Assembly (NCBI RefSeq): GCF_009914755.1
Contig: NC_060930.1
Direction: 5' to 3' (one strand)
Source of the DNA: the human T2T-CHM13v2.0 reference genome, Homo sapiens
Length of the DNA: 64,000 nt
Positions within the stretch are counted from its first letter, which is position 1. The number at the start of each line of letters is the position of its first letter. Position numbers and translations under genes: made by a program. The notes below the pieces were generated by a model. The model was not told the DNA's origin. It did no database searches and saw nothing but the letters and a program-made list of their open reading frames with translations. Shown here piece after piece: positions 13,083 to 29,152 of the stretch.

Positions 13083-13576
13083 CTAAAATGGATAGGCTCA
13101 CCCCTCTCCTAGGGTACACTCTTCCCACCTTGGACACCACTGATGACATGCATACAATAACATCCTCCTAACATTTTTCTAGCCTCATATCCTACTTGAG
13201 TCTACCCTACAGATAGCTGCCCAAGTCAACTTTTTCAATGTATATCTAATTCTGGTATTTTCATGTTTGAAACTCTTTTGCATCCCGACCTGTTTTGATA
13301 GCTCTGTGATCCACCTCCTGCCTACACTGCCAATTCATTGATTTCTGCCCTCCAAACTGACCCCTCCCCTGCCAGCATTTCCCTGGCTGTTCTCTAGTCA
13401 CCCTAAGCTGCTTGTTGTTACCCTAACATGGTCCACACTGATACACGTCCCCGTACCTTTGCTCATTTCGCTTTCTTGCCTAGAAGGCCCTCTTGTAGCT
13501 CTTCTGCGGGGCAAATGCTTTCTCCTCTTTGCAACTAGTCTTATGAATAATCGTTTTGATGAAGTTTTTCTTTTCA

Positions 13577-14000
<424 letters not shown>

Positions 14001-14803
14001 TCATCAGACACCCCTAAATCCTTAACTTTTTCTTAAGCTAACTTCACTGGATTTTTATTTGTTTCATTTTAGAGTACCAACAATCCCCTTTCTCATACCT
14101 AGTTGTACCCTTAGTGCCCCAGTGAACTCCATCTAGATCTTCAAACAACTATACACTCTTGTTTTTATGTTTGTTTTCAATCTAACTGACTGTGGGTTGT
14201 TTGAGAGCAAGGTCCATAAAGTATTGGTCTTTATATTGCCAGATCTTAGCACAGTACCTAGAACCAGGCAAACATGCAATTCCTTAAGAATGAATAGCGA
14301 TGATACTGAAATAACCAAATTATTTTGCATAATTCTGTATGGGCTAAAAGTTGACCCAATGAATGCATAGAAAGAATTTTTTCCCTTATCTATAAATTCT
14401 CCTATCCTAATAAATTTATTTAGGAATTTCCTTGATTGATTTACTTCTGACCCATATGTCAGAGAATCAGGCTGAGAGAATGAGTATGTTCTAGGCCTTG
14501 TGAAGGTAAAGGTAAATATCAGCTTGCCCAAAACACAAAGCAGGACTTTTTAAAGTTTGATTAATTTCACTCATCAAACATTTATTAAATAATGACTACA
14601 TGGTATTTTGTGCTTAGTACCAAGGGAAATCTGTAAATGTGTAAGACATGTTTCCTATTTGAGCAATCAGGCTACAGTACTATATGAGGAAACATAAGGG
14701 ATATTATTATTATTATGTAAACGCAAGGCAGGATTCTATCCACTAGAGCCTAACTAGATAAAATTATGTTTCCTTATTAACATTCATTCCTTTGCCCCCA
14801 GCA

Positions 14804-14926
14804 TTTTCTTTTTTCTTCTTCTTCCTCCTCCTCCTCCTTCTCTTCCTCCTCCTCCTTCTCCTCCTCCTCCTCCTTCTTCTTCTTCCTGTTCTTCTTCCTC
14901 TTCCTCTTCTTCCTTTCCTTCTTCTT
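14804..14926. repeat. (CTT/CCT)n polypyrimidine simple repeat
   Basis: About 120 nt of nearly pure C/T trinucleotides, forming the tail of the adjacent FLAM. Confidence 0.95.
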
Positions 14927-15043
14927 CGAGATGGGGGTCTTGTAATGTTGCCCAGGCTGGTCTCAAACTCCTGGCCTCAAGCCATCCTCCTGTCTCAGCC
15001 TCCCAAAGTGCTGAGATTAAAGGCGTGAGCCACCATGCCTAGC
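14927..15043 (-). mobile_element. FLAM Alu monomer
   Basis: GAGATGGGGTCTTGTAATGTTGCCCAGGCTGG...CCACCATGCCTAGC. Confidence 0.88.
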
Positions 15044-15274
15044 TGAAGCATTTACTTCTTTCCCCAGCACCTTCTCAAAAAGTACATACTCCATAAGCCA
15101 TGATGGCTTTCAAATTGCCAAATTCTTCAGACTTATTTTTTTAAAGTTTACTCGTTATCAAACTTTGGAATATGCCAGAATCACCTTGAAGCCTTTTAAA
15201 AACACAGACTGCTGGGCCCCACTTCCAGATTTTCTTATTCAGTTTTGTGTGCTACCCAAAAATACATATTCCAG

Positions 15275-15400
15275 AGCTGGGCATGGTGGCGTGCACCAAT
15301 AATACTAGCTAATCAGGAGGCTGAGGTGGGAGGATCACATGAGCCCAGGAGCTCAGGTCTAGCTGGGGCAACATAGTGAGATCCTGTCTCTTAAAAAAAA
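15275..15400 (+). mobile_element. FLAM Alu monomer
   Basis: GCTGGGCATGGTGGCG...CCTGTCTCTTAAAAAAAA. Confidence 0.8.
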
Positions 15401-15524
15401 TTATAAACTTCTATCAAGGCTCCCTTAGCCTAATGTTGGCCTTAGTGCAGGAACCTGGTTGCATCTTAGATAGAGTGGTCTTATGGAAAGACTAAACATC
15501 ACATTTGAAAGACTATGTGCTAGA

Positions 15525-15765
15525 TCAGTAACATTGATATTTTGGGTTAGATAATTCTTTGTTTAATTCCTTTGTCCTGGGCAATGTAGGATATTTAACA
15601 GCATCTCTGGCCTCTATCCACTAGTTGCTAATAGCAATTCTCTCCCCCTCCAATCTCCTCTCTCCTTTCCTCCCTTCCACTCCCAGTTCTAACAACCATA
15701 AATACCTCCAGATGTTGCCAAATGTCTTGTGTGAAGCAAAATCACCTGTAGTTGAGACACACTGT
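15525..15765. mobile_element. MER20-like hAT DNA transposon
   Basis: GATAATTCTTTG...GCATCTCTGGCCTCTATCCACTAG...CTCCAGATGTTGCCAAATGTC...GTTGAGACACACTG. Confidence 0.7.
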
Positions 15766-16087
15766 TAGATTTATCACTTCTTAGCTGTGTGCCATCAGAT
15801 TACTCAGGGAATCTCTCTGTATTTTGGTATTTTTATCTGTCAAATGGGTGTAATGACACATCTTGAAGGGTCGTTGTATGGATTAAATAAGCGGATGTAT
15901 ATGGGAGTGCAAGCTGATTTGGACTCAGAGTTTGACTCATCTTAAAACTCATTATTCTCCTGGCTTCCAACCCCTAGAATATATTGTTTCTTTTGCTTTT
16001 ACCTCTTTTTCATTGACTCCTCTACTTCCTCCAGTCTGCTAATCTTCATATTCTCCAAGGCTTATTTTGAATAACTTCAATTGTTCC

Positions 16088-16390
<303 letters not shown>

Positions 16391-17554
16391 CAATCATTAC
16401 TTTTGTGTAAATGATTGTAAAATTTAAATCTCCAGACCTAATCTCTTTCAAATTCCAATTGTGTATCCACAGTGCCCTGTTGAATATTTTAACATAGATG
16501 TTTCTGCTAACACCTGAAATTCAACATGTCTAAAATTATTTATTCTATTCTCTTTTTCTTTCTGATTTTTCTACTTAAGTGAAATGCATCATTTTTTTTT
16601 CTACGTGAAATAAGTTCAGGGTCTATGTGGTCTGGTCTAGGGATTGTGCAACATTTGAAGAAATAGAGTTGAGCTGTTAAAACTAATTATAACTACTGAA
16701 CTCTATTTTCCTAATAAGTGTTTTGAGTAAACTACAAAAGGAGGTAGAGTGAGGTTTTCTGCGAGACCTAAAATATCAACTGATTAAGTGAAAGTCAAGA
16801 TCTATACCATTACATATAAATCACATTTAGTCTGGTATTTGCATTCACTTTGAGATGTTTGATTGAAACATGGGGTTTCCCTGGGGTTGGGCCTCCAAAC
16901 TCAGTGTCTCGGCCTTGGAAGACTTTGAGGGTCTTGAAACAAGCCTTTCTGGAGAAGTTGCAAATGCAGGTTATAATGTGCAATATTATATATTAAATAT
17001 TGGAAACTTATTTTGATTTTTTCAAAAAAGTATGTCGGCCAAATAAAATCAGCTGTGGGCCAGACTGGGCCCATGGGCAAATTGTGTATGAATCTGGTTT
17101 CATTGGTTTGAATTATCGAAATAGTTTTCATGCTGGTTTTCCCATCTTCATGCTTTTAACCTATCTTGTTCACAGGTATTGCCTTAATCTTCCTAAATCA
17201 CAGTCCATTTATCTGCAGAATAAAGTACAAATTGCTAAGCCTGACATTCAAGACACTACATCATTTTGCTCTTAATTACCTTTTCACTTTTATTTTCCAT
17301 TACGTCTGCTACAGGAATACTGACTGTATTCAAATTAGACAAGCCAGATGAATTCCAATCTCTAGCCCTTTGCTGACATGCTTTCCTTACCCTCGATGCC
17401 CATGTTCCTCTTCTTCATTTGTCCAGTGCTTCCAGTACTTTCAAACTCACTTTGTGTCTGCAATCTCTGTGAATTCTTCATTGACACCTCTCTAGAGCAA
17501 GATGTTACCTCTTTCTGTAGCATTTGTTTTCCTTAGCATTCCTTTGGTTGGTAG

Positions 17555-17922
<368 letters not shown>

Positions 17923-19026
17923 CTTTTCAATACATATTCTTATGTATGTTGGTTTTTGTCTCAGTAAATGTTTGGTGATGGTGAAAAATCTAGAGTTATA
18001 TATGCTGTTTCAAAGTCCAGGAGATAAAAGAGTTAACATGCCCATCAAAGGACCAACTTTCTTAAGAAGTCACTTATGTCCTTGAATAATCTCAGGACAC
18101 CAAAGTGGAGAGTCAATACATGAAAAAGGTCATTAATCCAGCTGCCTGGGAGCACTCTGATGATTGATGGAACTTTGGACTGAATCGGCCAGCTGTTCTG
18201 TTCAAAGCCAATTTGTATTTTTAGAGCGAAAGTCTGCGACAAGAAATGTAGGACATTTATTTTTGCTCAGAAGTTTCTAGATATGTTTCCGTCTGCTTAC
18301 ACCTTCTTCAGAAAGCAGTGCAGATGAGAAATAGCCCTGATTTACCAAGTTTTGTGTTGGATTGACTTTTCCTTATTAAGTTATGATTCTTCATATCATA
18401 TTGTCTATCATATTAGAACTTTTTTAGGCAAGTTGTAATCTACTATTTATATTTAATAAAAATTGATCCTCAGTACATAACAATTTCACCTACAGGGTAC
18501 TGCCATGCAGACTTTCTAAGATTCCAAGGTTACAGCATCTTTCTTTCTTGCATTTGAGCTTTAACGTTGAGTGCTTGGTGTGTCATTAGTAGCATTTCCC
18601 TGACTCTGGCCTTTATATGTTTTACTCCGAGTGTGAAATGCTGTCATACTCTTCATGGCAATCTAATTATGATGTTGGCTTTTGTGTGTGTGTGTGTGCC
18701 GCTGCTCTAATATCTTTAAATGGCATCTCTTATTACCCCTGTTAGTGAAAGTGACCGTAGTTTCCTGCAACCAGGATAGTTCTGTTTAATGAAGGGAATC
18801 TTTGTCCATTAGTATTCCCAATTGGTTTCTAAAAATAAAGCCTAATAATTTCTTTAGGATAGAAGTTAAACTAGCCAGTCCACAACTTTCTGAATCTAGA
18901 GCATTCTTGATCCGTTGTTATTGTTATCTAATTTCAATTCCTCAAGAATTTTTCCTGAATTCTTGGCTAATGTTATTCCAATTAAATCACCTTGGTGTTT
19001 AAGTGTTGTGCTAAGAATTTTTCTAA

Positions 19027-19336
<310 letters not shown>

Positions 19337-19361
19337 TTAATCAGGACTTTTAAAAATGACT

Positions 19362-19683
<322 letters not shown>

Positions 19684-20115
19684 CTAATTTCGATAAGGTG
19701 ACAGTAAATGTTGACACTGCAGTCTTGTTCATTCTCTTGTTTTATGAGCAAATCAGCCTGTGAGGGACATGGAGATGGTTTTCACTGCCTTTTCGAAAAA
19801 ACTGATGTACTGATTCCTAAAGAGAGGTTTGAAATAAAGTCAGGCAGAGTGCATTGAAAGCAGCTAGGTTGTTTCTTTCATTTGGAGTTAAATGTTTGTT
19901 TGTTTTTTCTTCTCATCTTTAGCCTAACAGTCCGTCCCCAAACGAGTTAAGTAGCATGTGATATGTTCCTTGGCATAATCCTTCCATCTGTTCCTTGTCT
20001 GCCTTGGGCAAGTTTTCCAAAACAATTCAATTTTGTCAGTTTCCACCTCATTTAAGTACGTTCAGAAAGCTGTGAACTACTGTCCTGAAAGTTTTCCAAA
20101 CTTCCTAATTCACTA

Positions 20116-20599
<484 letters not shown>

Positions 20600-22367
20600 T
20601 CAATTTAATTTCTTATTTCTTGTCTAAGTTGCAAGTTTTCTCAGTATTATTTCTCAAATAACCAGTTTGTTTAAAGTGGGATTTTTTTTTAGTATTCTGT
20701 TTTTTATGGAATATGAAAATACAATAAAATATGGGTTGGAGTAGTAAATATTCTGATTAATAGATAAATTGTATCAATTCTTCTTACCAGAATGGATGTA
20801 ATCTTTGGGCATATGAACATTTTTCATGCTGAAGGTATGTGAAGTGTGGCTCCAAGAAGAATAGAATACATTCTAATGACATGAATAATCTCTGTATATG
20901 CTACACAATACATTACTTTAACAAAAAAGTCATTGATGATAACTATGCATACTGAGAACTTAGCTAGGCACTGTGGATACATTATGGAGACATGATTTAT
21001 ACCAAGTTAACATGCTAGTTGGAGAAACAAAAATCCAATTATGGTCATTTAAATGATAATATAAGACAATAAGTCAAGAGAAGTTAAAAGATAGTATTTG
21101 TAAGAGTGAGTTGTGAATTCAGAGGAGGGCAAGGTCATTGGGTGAGATTGGTCAGAGATGTCTCCATAAAAGAGTTGACACTACAGCTGAGTTTTGAATG
21201 ATGGGAAAGATTCAAATAGGCAAAGGATAGGCAGAAGGCATTTTGGATGGAAACAGTGGTTGGAGTGAAGCTTACAGTCAAGAAAGCAAGAAGACATGCT
21301 AGGAACCTTATAGTGCTATTTTTGTCAGTTAGGAGTAGGACCTAATTTTGAAAGGTATTTAGAACCAGATTGTGGAGGGCCCTGATTGAAATCCTAAGGG
21401 ACCTGGAGTTTATCTTTAGAATAATACAAAACTATTACACGAATTAGTAATCTCTTTGTTCTTCAGTTAACTATAAAGTTAGGGTAATAAAATAGTTCCT
21501 GTTTCATAGGCTTGTTGGGAGAAACAATGCATATAAAGTCTTTAGAACAGGGTTTGTCACATAATAAGCCCTCAATGTCAGTGACTATTATTTTAAATTA
21601 TTATTTGTATTATTTGTATTACTTAGTAAGAAGGAACATTATGAAGATGCTGAAACCAATCTCTTCAGCAGTATACAGGAAAGGTTTCTTGGGTAATCAT
21701 TCCTAAACTTCATCTTCAAATTGCTAAATTCTTCTTTATAGACCTTTTAAATAAAACAAATATATGAAATAAAGTGGAAGATTCTCTTCCATCATTCATC
21801 ATCAGCCCCTTTTGTCCTGAGTTATGATGGCATCAATTCATAATGTTATTTTTCCCTTTTTGTTTGCTTCAGGGACCACACAGGAAGCTCTACAGAATGT
21901 GTGCAGCCTAGAAGCCTAACCTAATATTGAATGTGTTTCCTCTTATCTTCACTGTTCCTGCTTCTCTGTCCCCTACCTTCCGTTATACCCTTCTTTTATT
22001 CTCTCTCTGATTCTCTCATTTCCTCCTTGCTCTTCTCCATTTCTCTTCTGGCATTCAGTAAGGGAGTACATGGAAAACAGAAAAGGAGCGTGGATATGTG
22101 TCTTTGATCTCAATGTGCCCAGAGCCTGGCACAGTGCCTACCACTTCAGGGGAGGCCAAGAAATGAGTGACTGAAGGGATAGAGAGCGCATTGAGCAAGG
22201 GCTAGAGAACTGTTATTCTGTTCTGTATCTTTCATGATGCACTTTTATATATATAGGAGGTTTTTTTTTTGCATTGAAATAGAGGACATAATGGAGGGAT
22301 GGAGTGAGGAAAGATATAAAATAGGGTAAAATAGTTGATGTTATTGGGGCTATTGAGAAAAGAGTAA

Positions 22368-22722
22368 AATACTATGCAGCCATAAAAAAGGATGAGTTCA
22401 TGTCCTTTGTCGGGACATGGCTGAAGCTTCAAACCATCATTCTCAGCAAACTATCACAAGGACAGAAAACCAAACACTACATGTTCTCACTCATAGGTGG
22501 GAATTGAACAATGAGAATGCTTGGACACAAGGCGGGGAACATCCCACCCCAGGGCCTGTCGTGGGGTGGGGGCAGGGGGAGGAATAGCATTAGGAGAAAT
22601 ACCTAATGTAAATGACAAGTTAATGAGTGTAGCAAACCAACATGGCACATGTATACCTATGTAACAAACCAGCACGTTGTGCACAAGTGCCCTAGAACTT
22701 AAAGTATAATAATTTAAAAAAA
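22368..22722 (+). mobile_element. L1PA 3' UTR fragment, heavily 5'-truncated
   Basis: AATACTATGCAGCCATAAAAAAGGATGAGTTC...CCTAGAACTTAAAGTATAATAA; TSD-like GAGAAAAG(A/T)GT. Confidence 0.92.
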
Positions 22723-22991
22723 GATTAATTAGAGAAAAGTGTCTGATACGTAGGAAGGCAAACTGGCAGCTTTCAGATCCTGAAGAGTCACATATGTACA
22801 CTTTAGCTTATTATTGAATGGCTTGGATACAGTTATGAAAGCTAAAGTCTATTTTTCTGGGGTGGTACTGCTTTTAAAAAAACTTTGAATTATCTTTGAT
22901 TCTCTTATTCCTGGCTGAGAAGTTTGAATGTGCTTCTTAATAAAATCAAAATACACATATTAAAATGTTAAGATCAAAAATAAATAAATAA

Positions 22992-23988
22992 AAAAAACAG
23001 ACACATAGACCAATGAAACAGAATAGAGAACTCAGAAATAAAAACACACACCTACAACTATCTGAACTTCAACAAACCTCACAAAAACAAGCAATGGGCA
23101 AAGGATTCCCTATTCAATAAATGGTGCTGGGATAACTGGCCAGCCATACATCGAAGATTGAAACTAGACCCCTTCCTTACACCATAAACAAAAATTAACT
23201 CAAGATCAATTAAAGGCATAAACACAAAACCCAAAACTATAAAAACCGTGGAAGACAACCTAGGCAATACCATTCAGGACACAGGCATGGGCAAAGATTT
23301 CATGATGAAGGCACCAAAAGCAATTGTAAGAAAAATAAAAAGTTGACAAATGGAATCTAATTAAACTAAAAAGCTTCTGCACAGCAAAAGAAACTATCAA
23401 CAGAGTAAACAGACAACTTACAGAGTGGGAGTAAATTTTTGCGAACTATGCCTCCAACAAAAGTCTAGTATCCCCCATCGATACGGAACTTAAACAAATT
23501 TGCAAGAAAAAATCAACCCCATAAAAAAGTGGGCAAAGGACATGAACAGACAGTTTCAAAAGAAGACATACATGCAGTCAACAATCATATGAAAAAAAGT
23601 TCAATATCTCTGATCTTAGAAAAATGCAAATCAAAACCACAATGAGATGCCATCTCACACCAGTCAGAATAACTAATATTAAAAAGTCCAAAAAACAACA
23701 GATGCTGACAAGGTTGTCGAGAAAAAGGAATACTTATACACCCTTGGTGGGAGTATAAATTAGTTCAGCCATTGTGGAAGATAGTTTGGCAATTCCTCAA
23801 ATACCTAAAGACAGAAATACCATTTGACCTAGCAATCCCATTACTGGGTATATACCCAAAAGAATATAAATTATTCTTTTATAAAGACACGTGCATGCCT
23901 ATGTTCATTGCAGCACTATTCACAATAAATAAATAGATGGAATCCACCTAAATTTCCATTAATGATAGACTGGATAAAGAAAATGTGG
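22992..23988 (+). mobile_element. L1P ORF2 C-terminal fragment lacking the L1 3' end
   Basis: AAACAGACACATAGACCAATGAAACAGAATAGAG...GACTGGATAAAGAAAATGTGG. Confidence 0.92.
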
Positions 23989-24833
23989 CCTGTTTTTTTA
24001 AAAAACAGTTCTTAGTTGATGTTCATGAGGAACAGTGAGTACCTAGAACTGTGCTGCTAATGAAAGGAAATCCTAAGAAGGAGCATTTCTTTACAGAGCT
24101 GTGTCATACCATCCTTTGGGCCCTCTCCTAGGAAAGTAGAATCAAGTCTGAAATAATGCCTTTTTAATTGTATCTTCTAGTAATATAGATGTAGGACAGT
24201 ACTGTATCATACCTCTGTGAATGCAGAATATCTTGTACCAGCTTTATGGTACATAGTAGTGACCATGCTTTATCAAAGTTGTTTTAAATAATGTTATTCT
24301 AGAATGTTTTCCTTCCAGATAATGATTCTGAAGCTAATTTAAAAAAATGGTGCCAGGTACCACAATAGTAACAGAACTTTGCAATTTTCTGGGATTTTGG
24401 TTTTTACTTTTTTTTCCCCTTTTCTTTAAATGGAGTGTGCTGGGTGTCTCTATATTTTGTTCAGATGACTGCAGAACCTGGACAAGTTGTTGCTGCTATT
24501 GATGCATAACATGCTGCTATTATTGGTCTTTTTATATAAATATATATAATTATAATTATATATAATTATGTTTGTACAATTATACATATAATTATATATA
24601 TACATATAATTTGAATTTTTGGAAACTTTAGCTGTACTGTAAACTTTGGAAAAAGTATCCCAGTTTACCATGTTGAGTTGACATTGTACATAAATTAACA
24701 ACCATATTTGTGTAGTAACATTAAACTTAATTTATTTCCATTTGTACAGGAGTAACCCTTGTATTAAATATGTAAGGTCTTATCTATGTGGGTTTGATTA
24801 CAGTGACTAATATTCTCTTAATAATGAAAAAAA
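23989..24833 (+). pseudogene. Probable retrocopy of an mRNA 3' UTR (parent not identified)
   Basis: Non-repeat-like, AU-rich sequence with several TGTA motifs and an (AT)n core, ending in a short A-tail. It reads like a conserved vertebrate 3' UTR. Confidence 0.55.
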
Positions 24834-25547
24834 TACCATCCTGTTATGTTGTAAGAAGAAACAAAACTTACAAAACATTAACAAATTGTTTTGGCACAAA
24901 AATTACAACAGTAACAATTATTATGAGTTAGTTGAAAATAGTGGTTGAAATGTTATTGGATATTCTACCTTTAGGTTCATTGTGCAAAAAAAGAAACTTG
25001 CTTAAAAAGGAATTAGTTTTGTTGAGTTGAAATTAACTTAAGGAAAATGAGATAAGAGGTTGAAGTGATTCTAGTGCCTCTGGGTGGAAGACTTAATATG
25101 GCGTAATCAGCTCCCCATGATCATCCTCCATATGGTTTAAGTCCTGCCTAACATTGGGTTTCTTATCCAGCTTAATGGTATTTTCTGTAACTAGACTACT
25201 CAGTGTCAATGAACTCAAGCACATACATCGATGTTCAGACTCACTGAATTTAAAGGACCCCAGCTTATGTGGAACACAATCTATTATCTTGGATAAAGGA
25301 TAAAACAGTTTAAAAGCAAATTTCTGTTATATGAATGGCTGTGCAGTATAATTGAATATGGAGATTTAGGGGGTGGAGGTCATACAACCAGACTTTAGCT
25401 ATGTGAATCCAGGCAATTTATTTAATCTTTCTGAGATATTTTATTCATCTGTAAAATAATAGCTATTCCAGAAGGGTACAGTGAGGGTTAATGAAAGAAT
25501 GTATCTAAAATGCCAATCATGGTGACTGGCAGACAATAGGTAACAGT

Positions 25548-26304
<757 letters not shown>

Positions 26305-27461
26305 GTAACATAAAACACTAGTTTCCCTCCCTTTAATGTATGTAAAATGACTGGCAGAGTGCATGGCACACGGAATGCGCTGGTGAAATACAAGTTCCTT
26401 TTGCTCTCAAATGGTTTAATTAATTAGCCTTTTAGAAGTAAACAGAACTTTAGACATAATTTCATTCAATTCCGTTGGTGGCCCAGAGAGGTAAAGTGGT
26501 CTGCCCAAGGTCATTTGGCTAATCGAGGACAACCCCCAAAACTCAGTCCACTGTCTGACCTTGATTATTTCCAAGATTGCTCTCCTTCCTTACTTCAAAG
26601 CCAGAGTAATCGGCTCTACTTGGACACTCTGGGACTAATTGGGACATTAGTCAGGAGGGACTTAGGAGCTCTAGCCTGATATTTGAGTTCACCCTAAACC
26701 CCATTTGGTGCATGTCCAGCTGTGCCCTGAGCTCCAGTTCTGGTAACTCATCTTAGGGCTTATTTTGGCATCTCAGTCTCTTCCCCAGATGCCTGGCAGC
26801 TCTACCAAACAGATCTGCCTTGATCCTTCTACTGGGTCGCTGTCTTGGGACCCTGAGCCTCTGCAGTGAGGGCTTTGCCTTGTCCTTACCAGGCTAACCT
26901 TCCTCTGTAGGGACCGTTGTTAACCAGTTGCTACCCAGCATGTGTCGGTCTCAAGATTTCTCTTGCACCTGGATTCACTGCTGCTGGAGCCTTATGTCAC
27001 TAGTGTTAAACTCTCAGCCTCCCTGACCACATGCCAGGACCCACAGACATGAGCACATGCTGGAACCCATGGTCACAATATTGCCATGCTCAAGCTACTA
27101 GCTTCCACATTTGGCCTGATAAGCTGCGCTTCCTCCTTGCACCCACTGTCCCTGTGGCAAGTCTGACTTTGGGTCACACACCCTTTTAGTCTTCTCTGTT
27201 CTTCTGTGGTTGGCTCAGCCAAGAAAGATTCTGTCACAAAATAGGAAAACAGTAAAACCACAAGGGGAACTACTTCTACTAGATATCAAAAATACACTAT
27301 AAACACTCTATAACTAAAACAGTATGCCACTGCCTCCTTGGAGACATGGTTTATTCCAGAACTAAGGTAACGAAAATACAAGATGAACCTGCAACATTTC
27401 GTGATCTTTTTTAATGGGAAAACACTAGAGGCTTTTCCATTAAGATCAGGCATTCCTCTAG

Positions 27462-27822
27462 TGTCTTAGTCCATTCAGGCTGCTATAACAGAATACCACA
27501 CTGGGTGGCTTATGAAAAACACAGATTTATTTCTCATAGATTTGGTGGCTGGGAAGTCCAAGATCAAGGTCCTAGAACATTTGTGTCAGGTGAGGGCCTA
27601 CATCCTGGTTCATAAATGGCACCTTCTTCTTGGGCCCTTACATGCAAATGGAGCACAGCAGCTCTCTGGAGTCTCTTTTACAAAGGCACTAATTCCATTC
27701 ATGAGGGTTCTGCCCCCACGAACTAATCATGTCCCAAAGGCCCCACCTTGTAACAGAATCACATTGGGGATTAGGCTTTAACATATGAATTTTACATGGA
27801 CATAAACATTTAGTCTATAGCA
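27462..27822 (-). mobile_element. MLT1A-type MaLR solo LTR
   Basis: TGTCTTAGTCCATTCAGGCTGCTATAACA...CATTTAGTCTATAGCA. Confidence 0.85.
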
Positions 27823-27869
27823 TTTTTCAACCCTTTGAAGACCACATGGTTCAAGTGGTGTATAAATTA

Positions 27870-28090
27870 TTCCAGAGTAGATATCAGCCACTGACCAAAT
27901 TCAGCCCCAGCAACCTGTTTTATTTTTTATAAAGTTTAATTGGAACACAGCCACCCTACTTGTTTCCTCATTGTACATGGCTGCTTTGGGGCAAAGTTGA
28001 AACTTTCAACAGAGACTATATGGACCACAAAGCCTAAAATATTTACTGTCTGACCTATTATACAGAAAAATGTGCTGATTCCTGATCTAG
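27870..28090. mobile_element. MER58A-like DNA transposon
   Basis: ATAAAGTTTAATTGGAACACAGCCAC...AGAGACTATATGGACCACAAAGCCTAAAATATTTACT. Confidence 0.7.
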
Positions 28091-28646
28091 AGCACTGAAA
28101 AGGAAAGAAACCTCTCCAACTCCTTCTGTGAAGCAAGTATAACACTGCTGTATAAGCCAGATAAAGACAGGACAAAGAAAACCACAGACCAATATCACTC
28201 ATGAATATTGATGTAAAAATACTACGTAGATGTTAGCAGATAAGCTGTTCCTTTAAAACCTCATTGACCTTTCTTGAGCAGAAATTGAGTAATTTGGCTC
28301 AGTGCTACACACATCTGTGTTGAAATTGGTGGCGGTTGTTTTGTTTTTTTGCAGTCACTGTGTGTGGTGCCAGGGATACAAGCATAAACAAGTTATAATT
28401 AATGCCCTCAATGTGCTTATAGTCATTGGGGGAAATAGGCACTGAAAATATTTCATTCAAAAATGTTGGTGTTTATCAGGGTATAAATGGGGGTTCTGAA
28501 AGCAATGATTAGGCCAGGGTTCAAGGAAGGCAGCCCCTGGAGGTGTGGCCTCTTGCATCGTGTACCATAATTTTGCCCATATTGAGCCTGGCACACATTT
28601 CTTTATGAGCAGCAATCTTGTATTGTGCACATTGTCACATTTCTCT

Positions 28647-29152
<506 letters not shown>

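Noticed and set aside
14784-15028. Poly-Glu/Gly and poly-Leu ORFs
   Set aside because: Artefacts of the CTT/CCT repeat.
22368-23988. Two L1 pieces that look like a permuted single element (3' UTR placed before ORF2)
   Set aside because: The first has its own TSD-like flanks and looks younger, so two independent insertions are more likely.
26560-27237. GC-richer segment ending ...CTGTCACA, possibly an old LTR
   Set aside because: I could not assign a family or boundaries with confidence.
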